Shown here: positions 45,571-54,968 of the stretch, piece after piece
How positions within the stretch are numbered: the stretch's first letter is position 1
Layout of the letters: every line of letters begins with the position of its first letter
Origin: Tetramitus jugosus
Taxonomy: Eukaryota; Protista; Heterolobosea
Assembly: GCA_937625935.1 (NCBI GenBank)
Contig: OW569386.1
Span: 124,001-188,000 of the forward strand
Direction of reading: 5' to 3'
Length of the DNA stretch: 64,000 bases
The notes under the pieces: model-generated
The model's input: the letters and a program-made list of their open reading frames with translations, nothing else
The model's database searches: none
What the model was told of the DNA's origin: nothing
Translations under genes and position numbers: made by a program

Positions 45571-47964
45571 TTATGCAGTGTTGGTGATGTTCCTGAATGG
45601 CTGAGGTTGAATTTGCTGACCGCGCTTAAGCTGTAGCTTGAATTGGTTGAGCTCATTCTGAAGTTGATGCATTTGCTGAGTCATCTTGCCTATCCTCTCG
45701 ACATTGGCCGATGAGTCAATTATGAGGTCGTTCCTTTCCTCTTCCAGCTCCTCTAACCGTGCATCCAGGTCTTCGATATCCTCTCTCAAAGAATTGTTCT
45801 CCTTCTTCAACTTTTCATTCGTTTGGTGGGCTGTCTGATAAGCTTGGGTATATTGAGCAATCTTTTGTTCATAGTCATTAACGAGAAGGATCACGTTATC
45901 TTCAGAAATCATGTTACTCTGTGATTGTTGATGGGCACTCTGGCTCAACCGCACAATCAACTCTTCATTTTGAGTTCTAAGCTTATCGTATGATAGTTTG
46001 TATTGATTCAACAACTCTGATTGTGATCTATACTCGTCAAGTTCCTTCTGTATTTCGTCTCTCTCTTTGGATATGTTGAAAATGGTTTGCTCGTTGCCTC
46101 TTAACTTGAGTTTCACCTTTTCTAATTTAGACGATGTGGTTTGATTGTCAGCTTGAGCGTGTGAGAGTTGCTTTTGAAGTTGAGCAAGTTGATTGTGGTA
46201 CTGCGCGTGTACACTGCTGGCTCTTTGAAGTTCATCACGAGCTCTACTCAGTTCAGATTCAAGATGTCTTCTCATCTGTTCCAAGTGGTTGATTTGTTGT
46301 TGATTTTGTTGGATGATCGTCTGATTGGTGGACAGCCGACTCACAGCTTCCTCACATTGTCCCTTGAGAGTAACATTAGAGTTCACATATTCACGCAAGT
46401 CAATATTTAATTGCTCGGTTGCTCGTTCAGACTGTCTGAGTTGCTGTTCCAACAACTGAATCTTCTTGCAAGCCTGGTTATAGTCACTAGTCAATTGTTT
46501 TGCTTGTTGTTGCGACTGTTCTAGCTGGCTACTGACTTGATTCACAGTTTCAGTCTGGGATTGACACTTTTCCGTCAGAGTAACAACTTCTTGGTGCTTT
46601 GTCTTACACAGAACATCCATCTTTCTTAAACTTTCAACCATCTTCAGGCTATCTGTGTGTAGAGAATTGTGCTTATCAGTGGCATGCACATAGCTCTGTT
46701 GCAGCTGTTGCAGTTCCGATTGAAGTGTGCTGATCATCTTTTCTCCTTCTTGTTTTTGTTGTTCCAATGTCGACACTTGCTTCTTTGATTGCTCCAACTC
46801 TTGCTGTAATGATTGAATTTGGTTTTGTTGGGAAGTCAGCTGTTGTTGCTGTTGTTGGATATGGTTTGATGCTTGTCCCATTCTACCATCCAACTCTTGT
46901 GAAAGCAGCTTCTCTTGAGCCAATTCATTCGTCAGTTGCTGTCCTTGCTTGATCATTTGGTTTCTCTCCGTGTTCAACTTGTTCAACTCTTCAGTCATCA
47001 ACCGGTTTTGATGTGTTAGCTCTTGAATGGTATCTGTATAACGATCAATCTTTTGTTGCTTCTTCTTCAGCTCCTTGTTTTCTCTTTCCAGTTGTAACTT
47101 TTCCCTAGATTTGTCAGTGGTTGTTTGAGAAACACTTCGAAGCTTTTGTTCTAGTTGAGCCATCTTCTTCTTCAGTTTTTCATTGTCTTGTACCTTTAGA
47201 TCTCTATCCCGTTCAGCCAACTTGACCTTGTTATTCAGATTTTTGGTCTCTCGTTGAAACTGAATGCTGTATTCTTGTTGAAACTTGTTTTCCATTTGCT
47301 CTTGGACGTGTGCATATTGCTCTTGTTGACCTCTCAGCATCATAATCTCTTCCTCCCTCAGTCGGAGATCATTGATTTGGACTTGAATAGACTTCTTTAG
47401 CTTCTCAACGAGTTCTTTCTCCTGAGCGAGTTGAGCTGCAAGTTTGTCAGCTCCTGCTGTCGTCGTGCTGGTAGAAGTCAACTCGTTGCCACTCGTATGC
47501 CTGTTTGGGGTCGATGGATTCTGAGCCGTATCGTTGCTTTCTTCCTTGTTATACAATTGCCATTCATATTGTTGGACCTTGAGGGACAACTCACCATTAT
47601 CAATCTCAAGCTTCTTAATCCGTTTCTTCAGTTCAGAAATCGTAGCCAGTAGTTGCTGGTTTCCGCCATTGTTCATATTTCCGATTGAACCGGTGAAATC
47701 GGCCAGAGTTGGAAATTCATTGAGCGAAAACCGGTTCGTGGGCACAGAGGTGTTCACTTCTGAAGCACTTGATAAACTCTGTAAAAAGTTTGTTCTCACG
47801 TCAATGTTACTGATACGTTGTCTGACTGATGGAGAGCACACAATTCTAAACTCTTCATCGTCATTTAAATCGTCCATTGTAAGGTGGTTTGTACTCGTTT
47901 CGTTTGTGTTGGGTGCCATAGGAGAGTTTGGCACAGAGGTTGACATTGGATCATCTTCCATCAT
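45571..47964 (-). CDS. Long Gln-rich coiled-coil protein
   Basis: 797-aa ORF, near-continuous heptads. Confidence 0.7.
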   Translation of the reverse strand: MMEDDPMSTSVPNSPMAPNTNETSTNHLTMDDLNDDEEFRIVCSPSVRQRISNIDVRTNFLQSLSSASEVNTSVPTNRFSLNEFPTLADFTGSIGNMNNGGNQQLLATISELKKRIKKLEIDNGELSLKVQQYEWQLYNKEESNDTAQNPSTPNRHTSGNELTSTSTTTAGADKLAAQLAQEKELVEKLKKSIQVQINDLRLREEEIMMLRGQQEQYAHVQEQMENKFQQEYSIQFQRETKNLNNKVKLAERDRDLKVQDNEKLKKKMAQLEQKLRSVSQTTTDKSREKLQLERENKELKKKQQKIDRYTDTIQELTHQNRLMTEELNKLNTERNQMIKQGQQLTNELAQEKLLSQELDGRMGQASNHIQQQQQQLTSQQNQIQSLQQELEQSKKQVSTLEQQKQEGEKMISTLQSELQQLQQSYVHATDKHNSLHTDSLKMVESLRKMDVLCKTKHQEVVTLTEKCQSQTETVNQVSSQLEQSQQQAKQLTSDYNQACKKIQLLEQQLRQSERATEQLNIDLREYVNSNVTLKGQCEEAVSRLSTNQTIIQQNQQQINHLEQMRRHLESELSRARDELQRASSVHAQYHNQLAQLQKQLSHAQADNQTTSSKLEKVKLKLRGNEQTIFNISKERDEIQKELDEYRSQSELLNQYKLSYDKLRTQNEELIVRLSQSAHQQSQSNMISEDNVILLVNDYEQKIAQYTQAYQTAHQTNEKLKKENNSLREDIEDLDARLEELEEERNDLIIDSSANVERIGKMTQQMHQLQNELNQFKLQLKRGQQIQPQPFRNITNTA

Positions 47965-48128
47965 CTTTGTTCTTCTTAAATAAATAGTAATGGTGTCTGT
48001 TGTTTGTTCGTTTCTGTTTCCCAGGTCAACAATTACTTGGAGGGAAAGTTCAATTCAACATTTTTCGCGTAACGATTTTTTCGGACAATATTTTGGCGGC
48101 AAGATCTGAAACATCCAAAACCAAAGAA

Positions 48129-49487
48129 ATGGCCAAACCAACCAAAGGCAAGAAACAGTCCCCTGCGCCAGCAGCCGAAGGTGTGAAAACACACATGCAC
48201 AACAAAAATTCCAAGAACAAGAACTCTTTTGAAATGCAACACAAGCCAAAGAAGAATGACAAGAATCCCCGAAAATCTCCCAAGCTCTGGATCGCTGTTG
48301 TCGTTCTCGTAGTTGCCCTCGGAGTTTATGTCATGTTTTCTCCGACTGAGACAGAATGGAGTGCCAGCTCGTCATCCACTAGCTCTGCAAGCACAATGAC
48401 AACTCAAGATTTGATGCTGGATAGTGATCGTTACATCAAGGAGAACTATAATGGCTCTAAACCTGCATTCTCTGGTGAAATTCTTGGTTTTGTTACACCT
48501 TGGAACAGTGGTGGCTACGACGTGGCTAAGAAGTACTCTGACAAGTTTACCTATGTTGCTCCAACTTGGTTTCAAGTGAGACCTCTTCTTCCTGAAGACG
48601 ATGCTACTCGGTATGGCGATCACAAGTATATTATCGCTGGACATCATGATATTGATGACAACTGGGTTGAAGCTGTGGGACGAAGCAAGATTTTTCCTCG
48701 CTTTGCAATTGACTATTTAAAGTTTGAGGCCTTACCAAGGGAGAGGATGAATGAGTTCTTTGACTATAGCACAAATGGACCACTCATTAGCTCAATCGTC
48801 TCTCAGATCACTGATTTGGTTAAGAAACACAAATGGGGTGGCATTGTGTTCGAGTATGGATTTGTCAAAACAAACTTACTATTAGGTAGTGTTTTAGTTC
48901 CACTGACCAAACAGTTACAGTCCAATGGAGTGAAGGTCGTTTTGGTTATAGCTCCTTGGAGAAAGCCAAACGAACAAACTTCTGATCAGTTGGTGTCTAG
49001 TGTTGAGCTCGCGTTCTTGGAACCTTATGTTCATCGATTTATGGTCATGACTTATGACTACGCTAGCTCTATGCGAATGGTTGGTCCAAACTCTCCTGTC
49101 GATGCAATGATCACACCCACATTGGCACATATCGTTCTTGGTAATGTGAACAACACAAAATCAGGCCAATTAAACTATGATCACAAGAAGATTGCAAACA
49201 AGTTATTGCTTGGACTGAACTGGTACGGATACATTTTCTCAAAAGAAAAACTGGAGGCTATCCTTGGGCCAAGAGTTCAAGCTATTTTATCGAATGACAA
49301 AACGGCGTTTGCCATTTATGATTCTGCTGCTGAGGAGTACTGGTTCCGAACTCAAGAAGGTTCCATTTACTACCCTACTCTCAAATCAATCGATGTTAGA
49401 CTCAAAATTGCTCAGGATTGGGAGTTGGCTGGTGTTGGCATTTGGGAACTTGGACAAGGGGTTGATTCCTTCTATAATCTGTTGTGA
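48129..49487 (+). CDS. CHID1: GH18 chitinase-domain-containing protein 1-like
   Basis: LGFVTPWNSGGYDVAK, MTYDY, GPNSP, KLLLGLNWYG, YYPTLKSI, GIWELGQG; ATG at 48129. Confidence 0.9.
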   Translation: MAKPTKGKKQSPAPAAEGVKTHMHNKNSKNKNSFEMQHKPKKNDKNPRKSPKLWIAVVVLVVALGVYVMFSPTETEWSASSSSTSSASTMTTQDLMLDSDRYIKENYNGSKPAFSGEILGFVTPWNSGGYDVAKKYSDKFTYVAPTWFQVRPLLPEDDATRYGDHKYIIAGHHDIDDNWVEAVGRSKIFPRFAIDYLKFEALPRERMNEFFDYSTNGPLISSIVSQITDLVKKHKWGGIVFEYGFVKTNLLLGSVLVPLTKQLQSNGVKVVLVIAPWRKPNEQTSDQLVSSVELAFLEPYVHRFMVMTYDYASSMRMVGPNSPVDAMITPTLAHIVLGNVNNTKSGQLNYDHKKIANKLLLGLNWYGYIFSKEKLEAILGPRVQAILSNDKTAFAIYDSAAEEYWFRTQEGSIYYPTLKSIDVRLKIAQDWELAGVGIWELGQGVDSFYNLL

Positions 49488-49858
49488 ACCAACAACGATT
49501 TCAGACCACTCAACATCTACTAGCTATGTTGTATTCCTGGTAAAGCGATGAATAGAGGACAGAGGAATAAATCATTGTTTCACGTTGTTCCTCCAAAAAC
49601 TTGAGCGTGATGTGAAACTTCCATTTGAATCACCAGATTGACTCTTAAGTCAGAGCTGACTGTCATAATAAAAAGTTTATCGCCTGATTTACCATTCAAC
49701 TTGCTCCTTGGTTTCAATCATGGAGTGCAAGTATGATTGAAACGAAAATAAGTATCCTACTTCAATGGGAAGATAGTTTATTGAACAAACACGAAAGATC
49801 CATCTTCTGAAATGTGTCATGTCAATTCATAGCGGCATGAACAATAGTTTTGGCTGCT

Positions 49859-50414
49859 CTAAGATTCAGGAAGAGTATCACTCATTTCGGAGCCAATAGA
49901 TGGATTGAGACTTACATCACTCATGGTAGAAGCATTCAGGTCATGCTCTACGAAATTCATGGCTTCAAGACGGGTTATCTCTGCGTTTTGATATTCGAGC
50001 AAAGATCTTACTCTCTTCAATTCTTGTCCTTGAGAGAAGATTCTGGAGGTCGCTTCTTCCAACCCTTTGCGAGTGTCTCCTAGCTCCTTGGTCGCTTCTT
50101 CCAACCTTCTGTGAGTGACTTCAAGCTCTTTGTTCGCTTCTCTCAACCCTCTACGAGTTGCTTGTAGCTCCTGGTTAGCTGCTTCTAACTTGCATTGAAA
50201 TTCTTCTAACTCTTGCTCTTGTTGTTGGAGGTGTCTAACAAGTTTTGCTTCTTCCAGAATCTGTGCTTTAATTTTAAGGAGGCTTAGCTTGGTTGTGACC
50301 TCATCGTTGAGTCTAACCACAAGTACAACTTCATTGGATACTATTCTCAATACTTTCTTGAGAGGATATTCCCTCCATCTCCGAGATGAATGGTTCTAGA
50401 AGCTTTTCAGACAT
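49859..50414 (-). pseudogene. Coiled-coil gene, apparently frameshifted near its 5' end
   Basis: ATG at 50414 opens only 27 codons; the coiled-coil frame is shifted and has no early ATG. Confidence 0.4.
50051..50176. repeat. Three imperfect 42-bp tandem repeats (14-aa double heptads)
   Basis: Units begin CGCTTC at 50051, 50093 and 50135. Confidence 0.8.
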
Positions 50415-50535
50415 CGTTGTGCTTGCTTCGTTTTATCAGTGGAGTTTAGACAGTACTGAAAAAAGAGTTTCTTCCCAGAATTTGGCGCTTTCGTAACTAA
50501 TTTTTGGCGCGAACTTCCAAGTGGATAAGCAAAAA

Positions 50536-50608
50536 CTCCCATACCGGGACTCGAACCCGGGTCTCATGGGTGAGAGCCATGTATCCTAACCAACTAGACT
50601 ATATGGGA
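50536..50608 (-). tRNA. tRNA-Glu(CTC)
   Basis: TCCCATA/TATGGGA acceptor stem, CATGG-CTCTCAC-CCATG anticodon arm, GGTTCGAGTCC B box, T5 terminator at 50531-50535. Confidence 0.96.
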
Positions 50609-50647
50609 TATATTCTATCATTCCTCTTGGTGATTTTAGACGTTTAT

Positions 50648-50664
50648 TATTAAAAAACGAAGAA
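50648..50664 (+). repeat. Target-site copy 1, TATTAAAAAACGAAGAA (recurs at 52020-52035, 53401-53417 and partly at 54516-54538)
   Basis: Direct repeats at each element boundary; copies 2 and 3 follow poly(A) tracts directly. Confidence 0.85.
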
Positions 50665-52020
50665 CGTTCGGCAATTTGATGAGGATGGAGCCCACGATAT
50701 AGAGGTGGATGGTACAGTTGTCCGGGCCCGAAACAGTGGTCATGGGTTCAGAGCACTGGGTCTCTTCACCAACCTGAAAGGTGACACGAAACAACAAGTG
50801 GCTCAAGCTTGGAACAAATCACAAAGAGTAGCGAACCGACTGAAGATGATGAAGCTGACTCCGCGACAGGTGGCAAGGGTCGTTAACACATGTATACACC
50901 CTATCTTCAAGTACTCGTCCGAATTCACAGACTGGACTGCTGGGGGACTTCTCAGAGTGAACAGACTGGGAAGGATGTTGGTCAAACATGGCTCAAGAAC
51001 AATGTCACAGTTCCCTTCCGAGTTACTGTCGGTAAGCAGTGATCGTGGATCAGTGGGTCTAAATGACATAGAGGAAACAATAACAGCACAGACCGCCTGG
51101 TTTATTGGCTCAATGATGTCGGGTAAGAGGGACACGGAGGCGAAGCAGTTGCTGCTTGACACGCTTGAGGAAATCAAGCACACACAAACATTCCAACGTG
51201 AGAATGTCTTCCAGTCTAGCAACCGCCTCTAGTACGTCAAAAACACTTACCTTAAGTGGTGAGCACAAAGGATGCACATCCATGGTATTACACTTAATAA
51301 TGAGAGCAGCCACCGCAATTGTGACGATTGTAACATTGCCCGATATGTTCCAACAACTATTCTCAAGAAGCTGTTCAAGAGTGGAATCACTAACAGAAGT
51401 CAGCTGATGGCTGGTGTGAGAGTCATGAGTTTGAAAGAGATCAAAAACAAGTTCTCTGGATGCAAGATTGGACCAAGGTCTCATGAGTTGTTGAAAATAA
51501 TGGTGTCACAAATGAATGAATGTGAGTGTTCTCCGATGTTAGAGCCTAACTCCAGAGTCTCTGTAGTGCAAACTTTGATGATAGGTCAAAGCCCAGTCGA
51601 GAGCAGAGAGCAAATACAGTTGCGGATGGATCATGAGATACTTGTCAGGATTAAAGATATTGGTGGTCTGTGGTGGTTACAAATTGAAGCAATGTGCGAT
51701 GGGGTGGACTTTAGTTTTCTAAAGTACCCACACAAGATTGACAGAAAGATGGAGTGGTTTTATGCACAAGTGCGGAGTGGTGCCAAGTGGTGCGGAAAAG
51801 AGAGCCAGAACATTTGTGAACAAGGTGAAAAGGCGGTGTGTCGAAACCCTTCACCAATTGTACACCTCCTATAAGGAAGGAACAAAACAATGACGCCCTA
51901 GGGGCACCATTGTTAGAATTAAGAAGTAATGGAGGAGATAACGCTCTTCGAGCGTTATTCATTGTAAATACCCAGAAAATAAAACAGAGCAACCAGTTGG
52001 TTGTATTTAAAAAAAAAAAA
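50665..52020 (+). mobile_element. Element 1: 5'-truncated, decayed non-LTR retrotransposon (RT thumb, ORF2 C-terminus, 3' UTR, poly(A))
   Basis: FRALG...IHPIFKYS...DRGSVGL resembles the LINE RT thumb (YLG...GGLGL); in-frame stops at 51230 and 51260; AATAAA at 51978, A12 at 52009-52020. Confidence 0.8.
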
Positions 52021-52035
52021 TTAAAAAACGAAGAA

Positions 52036-53400
52036 AAAAAACGCCGATGAAAAAACGAACACACACCCCTGTTGTTCGTGAGTATGAGAATCCACGCTAT
52101 GCTGTGTGGACCACAGCACCAAGAGGAACTGCTCCAAGCAGCAAGGAGGTCATCATCACTGGAAAGTGCGATGACTCTCCAAAAGCTGCCTTGGCCAAGA
52201 AGATTGGCTTGGATTTTGGTGACTTGCTCACCAGGGTCCAAGTCATCAAGAAGGGCCCCAAGAGGTTTGTTGCGTGGGTAACTGTTGTTGATGACAACAT
52301 TTACCCATTTGTTGAATCCTTCAACCGCAACAAGAAGATGAGTGGCTGCAAGGCAGCACTCAAGCACAATGTTGATTGTGCCAAGAAGTTCGTCCTCCAC
52401 GGCGTCAAAGGTAAGACGGAGGACGACATCAAGGCCATGCTCGGCACAACAAAGGTCAAGAATGTGCTCAAGAAGCACAACACTGCCTTTGTTGTGATGG
52501 AGTCTGAAACGTATGCCGAAGCTTTGCTTCGGAACGTTCAAGCCATGCCAGTGGAGGTGGAAGCAAAGCGCTTCCTTCCACGCCCACGTGACCCTGTCAA
52601 GGCAGTCAGCAAGAGGCTGACCAAGATGTATCAAGAACTCCTGGCTGTGGTGGACGACCTGCGCCACCAAGTCAGTGTGTTAAAAGAAATGGCTTCCGTC
52701 AACCGGATTCCCTTCGCGTCCGGACCGAATCTCCGAATTCGAACCTTCGACTCCGTCTACGACATGTAGTCATCGATGACTGGGAGTCGATCATGCCGGA
52801 GTCCCGCCCCGCCACTCCAACTACGGTCACCCAAGAGCCAACCAACAACACCATTGATGAGGATGCTCATAACAGAGCAATCCTCGAGCTAGTATTGAAC
52901 ACCTCCGAGGTGTTCAAGAAAGCCAAGAAAGAGATTGCTGCTCGAGCAATCATGGTGGACCGTGCAAGAAGCACTACCACCCAAGAAGATCCAGTTGAGT
53001 TGGATCTCTGTAACCCCGACTGCGAGTTACAGAGTCCCCAACTCAACGAAAACAAGAAGCGATTGGTGACACTGCTGGCAACAAGATCCCGGCCAGGTTG
53101 GCCAGCATCAAGTCAGGGGCTCTCCGTAGGTCCTACCAACTGGCTAGGACTACGGAGCCATCTGACCTCACCAGTGGTGCTCCAGACGGTAGTGGAGGCC
53201 CTCGCAACGAATCCCTGAAGAAGGGATGAAAACAACATTCCAAGAAGAGAATGAATCCTGTTGCGTAGGCCTGCCACTCCTCTGAGCAAACACCACATCA
53301 TGTTAGAAAATTGAGAGCAGGCAAGCCTGCTCTCACACAAAAGAAAAATAAAAGTTCCGCAACGTGGTGCTCACGCACCATTTGTTGTATTAAAAAAAAA
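52036..53400 (+). mobile_element. Element 2: ORF1-only polyadenylated retroelement (ORF1 52047-53218, one frameshift near 52765)
   Basis: RRM-like TAFVVMESETYAEALL plus coiled coil; homologous to element 3 ORF on both sides of the frameshift; AATAAA at 53347, A9 at 53392-53400; flanked by target repeats. Confidence 0.75.
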
Positions 53401-53417
53401 TATTAAAAAACGAAGAA

Positions 53418-54515
53418 AACAACGGAATCACATGTCTGGTGACATGTCTGGTGGTTCAACAAATTTGGTGAAGGAATACTGCAACAGCCGTTATGCAGTG
53501 TGGACCACTGCACGGAAAGGCTCTAGGCCAAGTGACAGAGAGGTCGTCATTACTGGCAACGGTAATGGTATCTCTCAGTCATCTTTGGCAAGAAAGATAG
53601 GAGAGGAGTTTGGTGACTGGCTCAACCGAGTCCAGGTCATCAAGAGGAAATGCCAGCAACGCTTTGTTGCATGGGTGACGGTCAAAGGTGACCGCGTCTA
53701 TGACTTTGGTGAGTTGTTCAACAAAGAGAGGAGGATTGGCAACAGCACTGCCGCACCCAAGCGCAGTGTTGATTGCACAAGAAAGGTGGTCGTCCATGGC
53801 ATGAAGAACATGTCAGTGGACGATATCAAGAAGCTACTGGGACCTGAGAAGGTTGCCAGTGTGCTCAAGAAGCGTGACACTGCTTTCGTGGTCAGGGAGC
53901 GTCCAGATATTATATTCACCTCTGACCCCCTCCCTGCCTGTTTTGAATAAATTTGAATAACACATTTTCCTGTAAATTCGAACATTACATTAATTATCCT
54001 ACTAGGATTGGGATCAAGAGACTCCCTTTGAATAAAATATTGAATAAATTTCTCAGAGGGTGCGTAAGAAATAATATCTGGACGCTCCCTCATGGATGAT
54101 GAAACCTATGCACAAGCAGTGCTCAGTGGAGAGAAAAAGGTAAAGGCCACACTCGATACGTCGAGAGACCACATGATCCTCTCAAGGCTGTCAACAAGAG
54201 GTTGACTAAGATGTACGAGGAGCTGCTGACGGTGGTTGACGGACTGCGTCAACAGGTCACAGAACTCACCAAGGAATTGGCTAAGACAAAGGGTCGAGAG
54301 GGCAACGAACCGGTTCCAATACCGGAACAAGAAGTTGCAAAAAGAACTGCTCCTGATCTAATGGAGGCAGAGGAACAAAGGAGTGCAACACCACTGCCAA
54401 CAGTGCCTGTTGCACAGCTCAGCACTGAAAATCGGCTAATTCTGGAGCAAGTGAATGCCACTTCTCCAGTGTTCGCCAGAGCGAAGAAGGAAATTGCATT
54501 GGCACTGGCTGCTGC
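53418..54515 (+). mobile_element. Element 3: ORF1 paralog, MITE-interrupted, frameshifted, 3'-truncated
   Basis: Shares YAVWTTA, RVQVIK, RFVAWVTV, TAFVV, KRLTKMY and AKKEIA with element 2. Confidence 0.75.
53895..54089. mobile_element. 195-bp MITE with 19-bp perfect TIRs and TCA TSD (PIF/Harbinger-like)
   Basis: GGGAGCGTCCAGATATTAT at 53895-53913 and its reverse complement at 54071-54089; TCA at 53892-53894 and 54090-54092; removal restores TAFVVMDDETYA. Confidence 0.92.
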
Positions 54516-54538
54516 AGACGTTTTAATATTAAAAAACG

Positions 54539-54950
54539 CATTTTGCTCTCAAAGGAGGTCTCAAAAAGGTTAAGCGCTATGGGTCTGCATAAGCGCAATG
54601 TGTTGATATTTGGTTTGATAACCAGCAATGGTGCAATGGAAGACGAACAAGAAAGTCGGGTTAAGACTACTTGATAGGAATGTTAGGGGTGGAAACTCAA
54701 GCTGTTAAGCAAGTGGCCAAAGGGCTCATGAAGAGTGGAATCAAGAAGGAGGTAGCAAAGCAGAAAGCTAAACGGTTTGTGGACAACACCAAAAGGAGAT
54801 GTGTGGAGGTGATGCATCACCTCTTCACAAGCTCTAAGAACATGGCTGGTTGCTGATGCTCTGCGAACCAGTCATGTGAATACGGTGGATTCAATAGTGG
54901 CAACAGCCACTGAGCGTAAAACAAACGTGCCTGCATCAAGAAATAACAGA
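54539..54950 (+). mobile_element. Element 4: short 3' fragment of ORF2 from a related family
   Basis: KQKAKRFVDNTKRRCVEVMHHLFTSSK aligns with EKRARTFVNKVKRRCVETLHQLYTSYK, read in the shifted frame of element 1 (stop 51891-51893); right boundary uncertain. Confidence 0.7.
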
Positions 54951-54968
54951 CAGTCTTCAAGAAATAAT

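Noticed and set aside
48129-49487. GH18 protein lacking the DxDxE catalytic motif
   Set aside because: Normal for the CHID1 subfamily.
51711-52670. 319-aa minus-strand ORF
   Set aside because: Antisense shadow of ORF1 that crosses the poly(A)/target junction between two elements.
52735-52745. B-box-like GGTTCGAATTC on the minus strand inside element 2
   Set aside because: One mismatch, no A box or cloverleaf, and absent from element 3; could be chance.
52760-52795. Programmed frameshift between the two element 2 ORFs
   Set aside because: No slippery heptamer, and the element 3 paralog reads through this region in one frame; likely a mutation.
50648-54538. Recurring TTAAAAAACGAAGAA read as a CRISPR repeat, spliced leader or LTR
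   Set aside because: Copies are more than 1 kb apart, follow poly(A) tails, and one precedes a mid-RT truncation; target-site duplication fits better.
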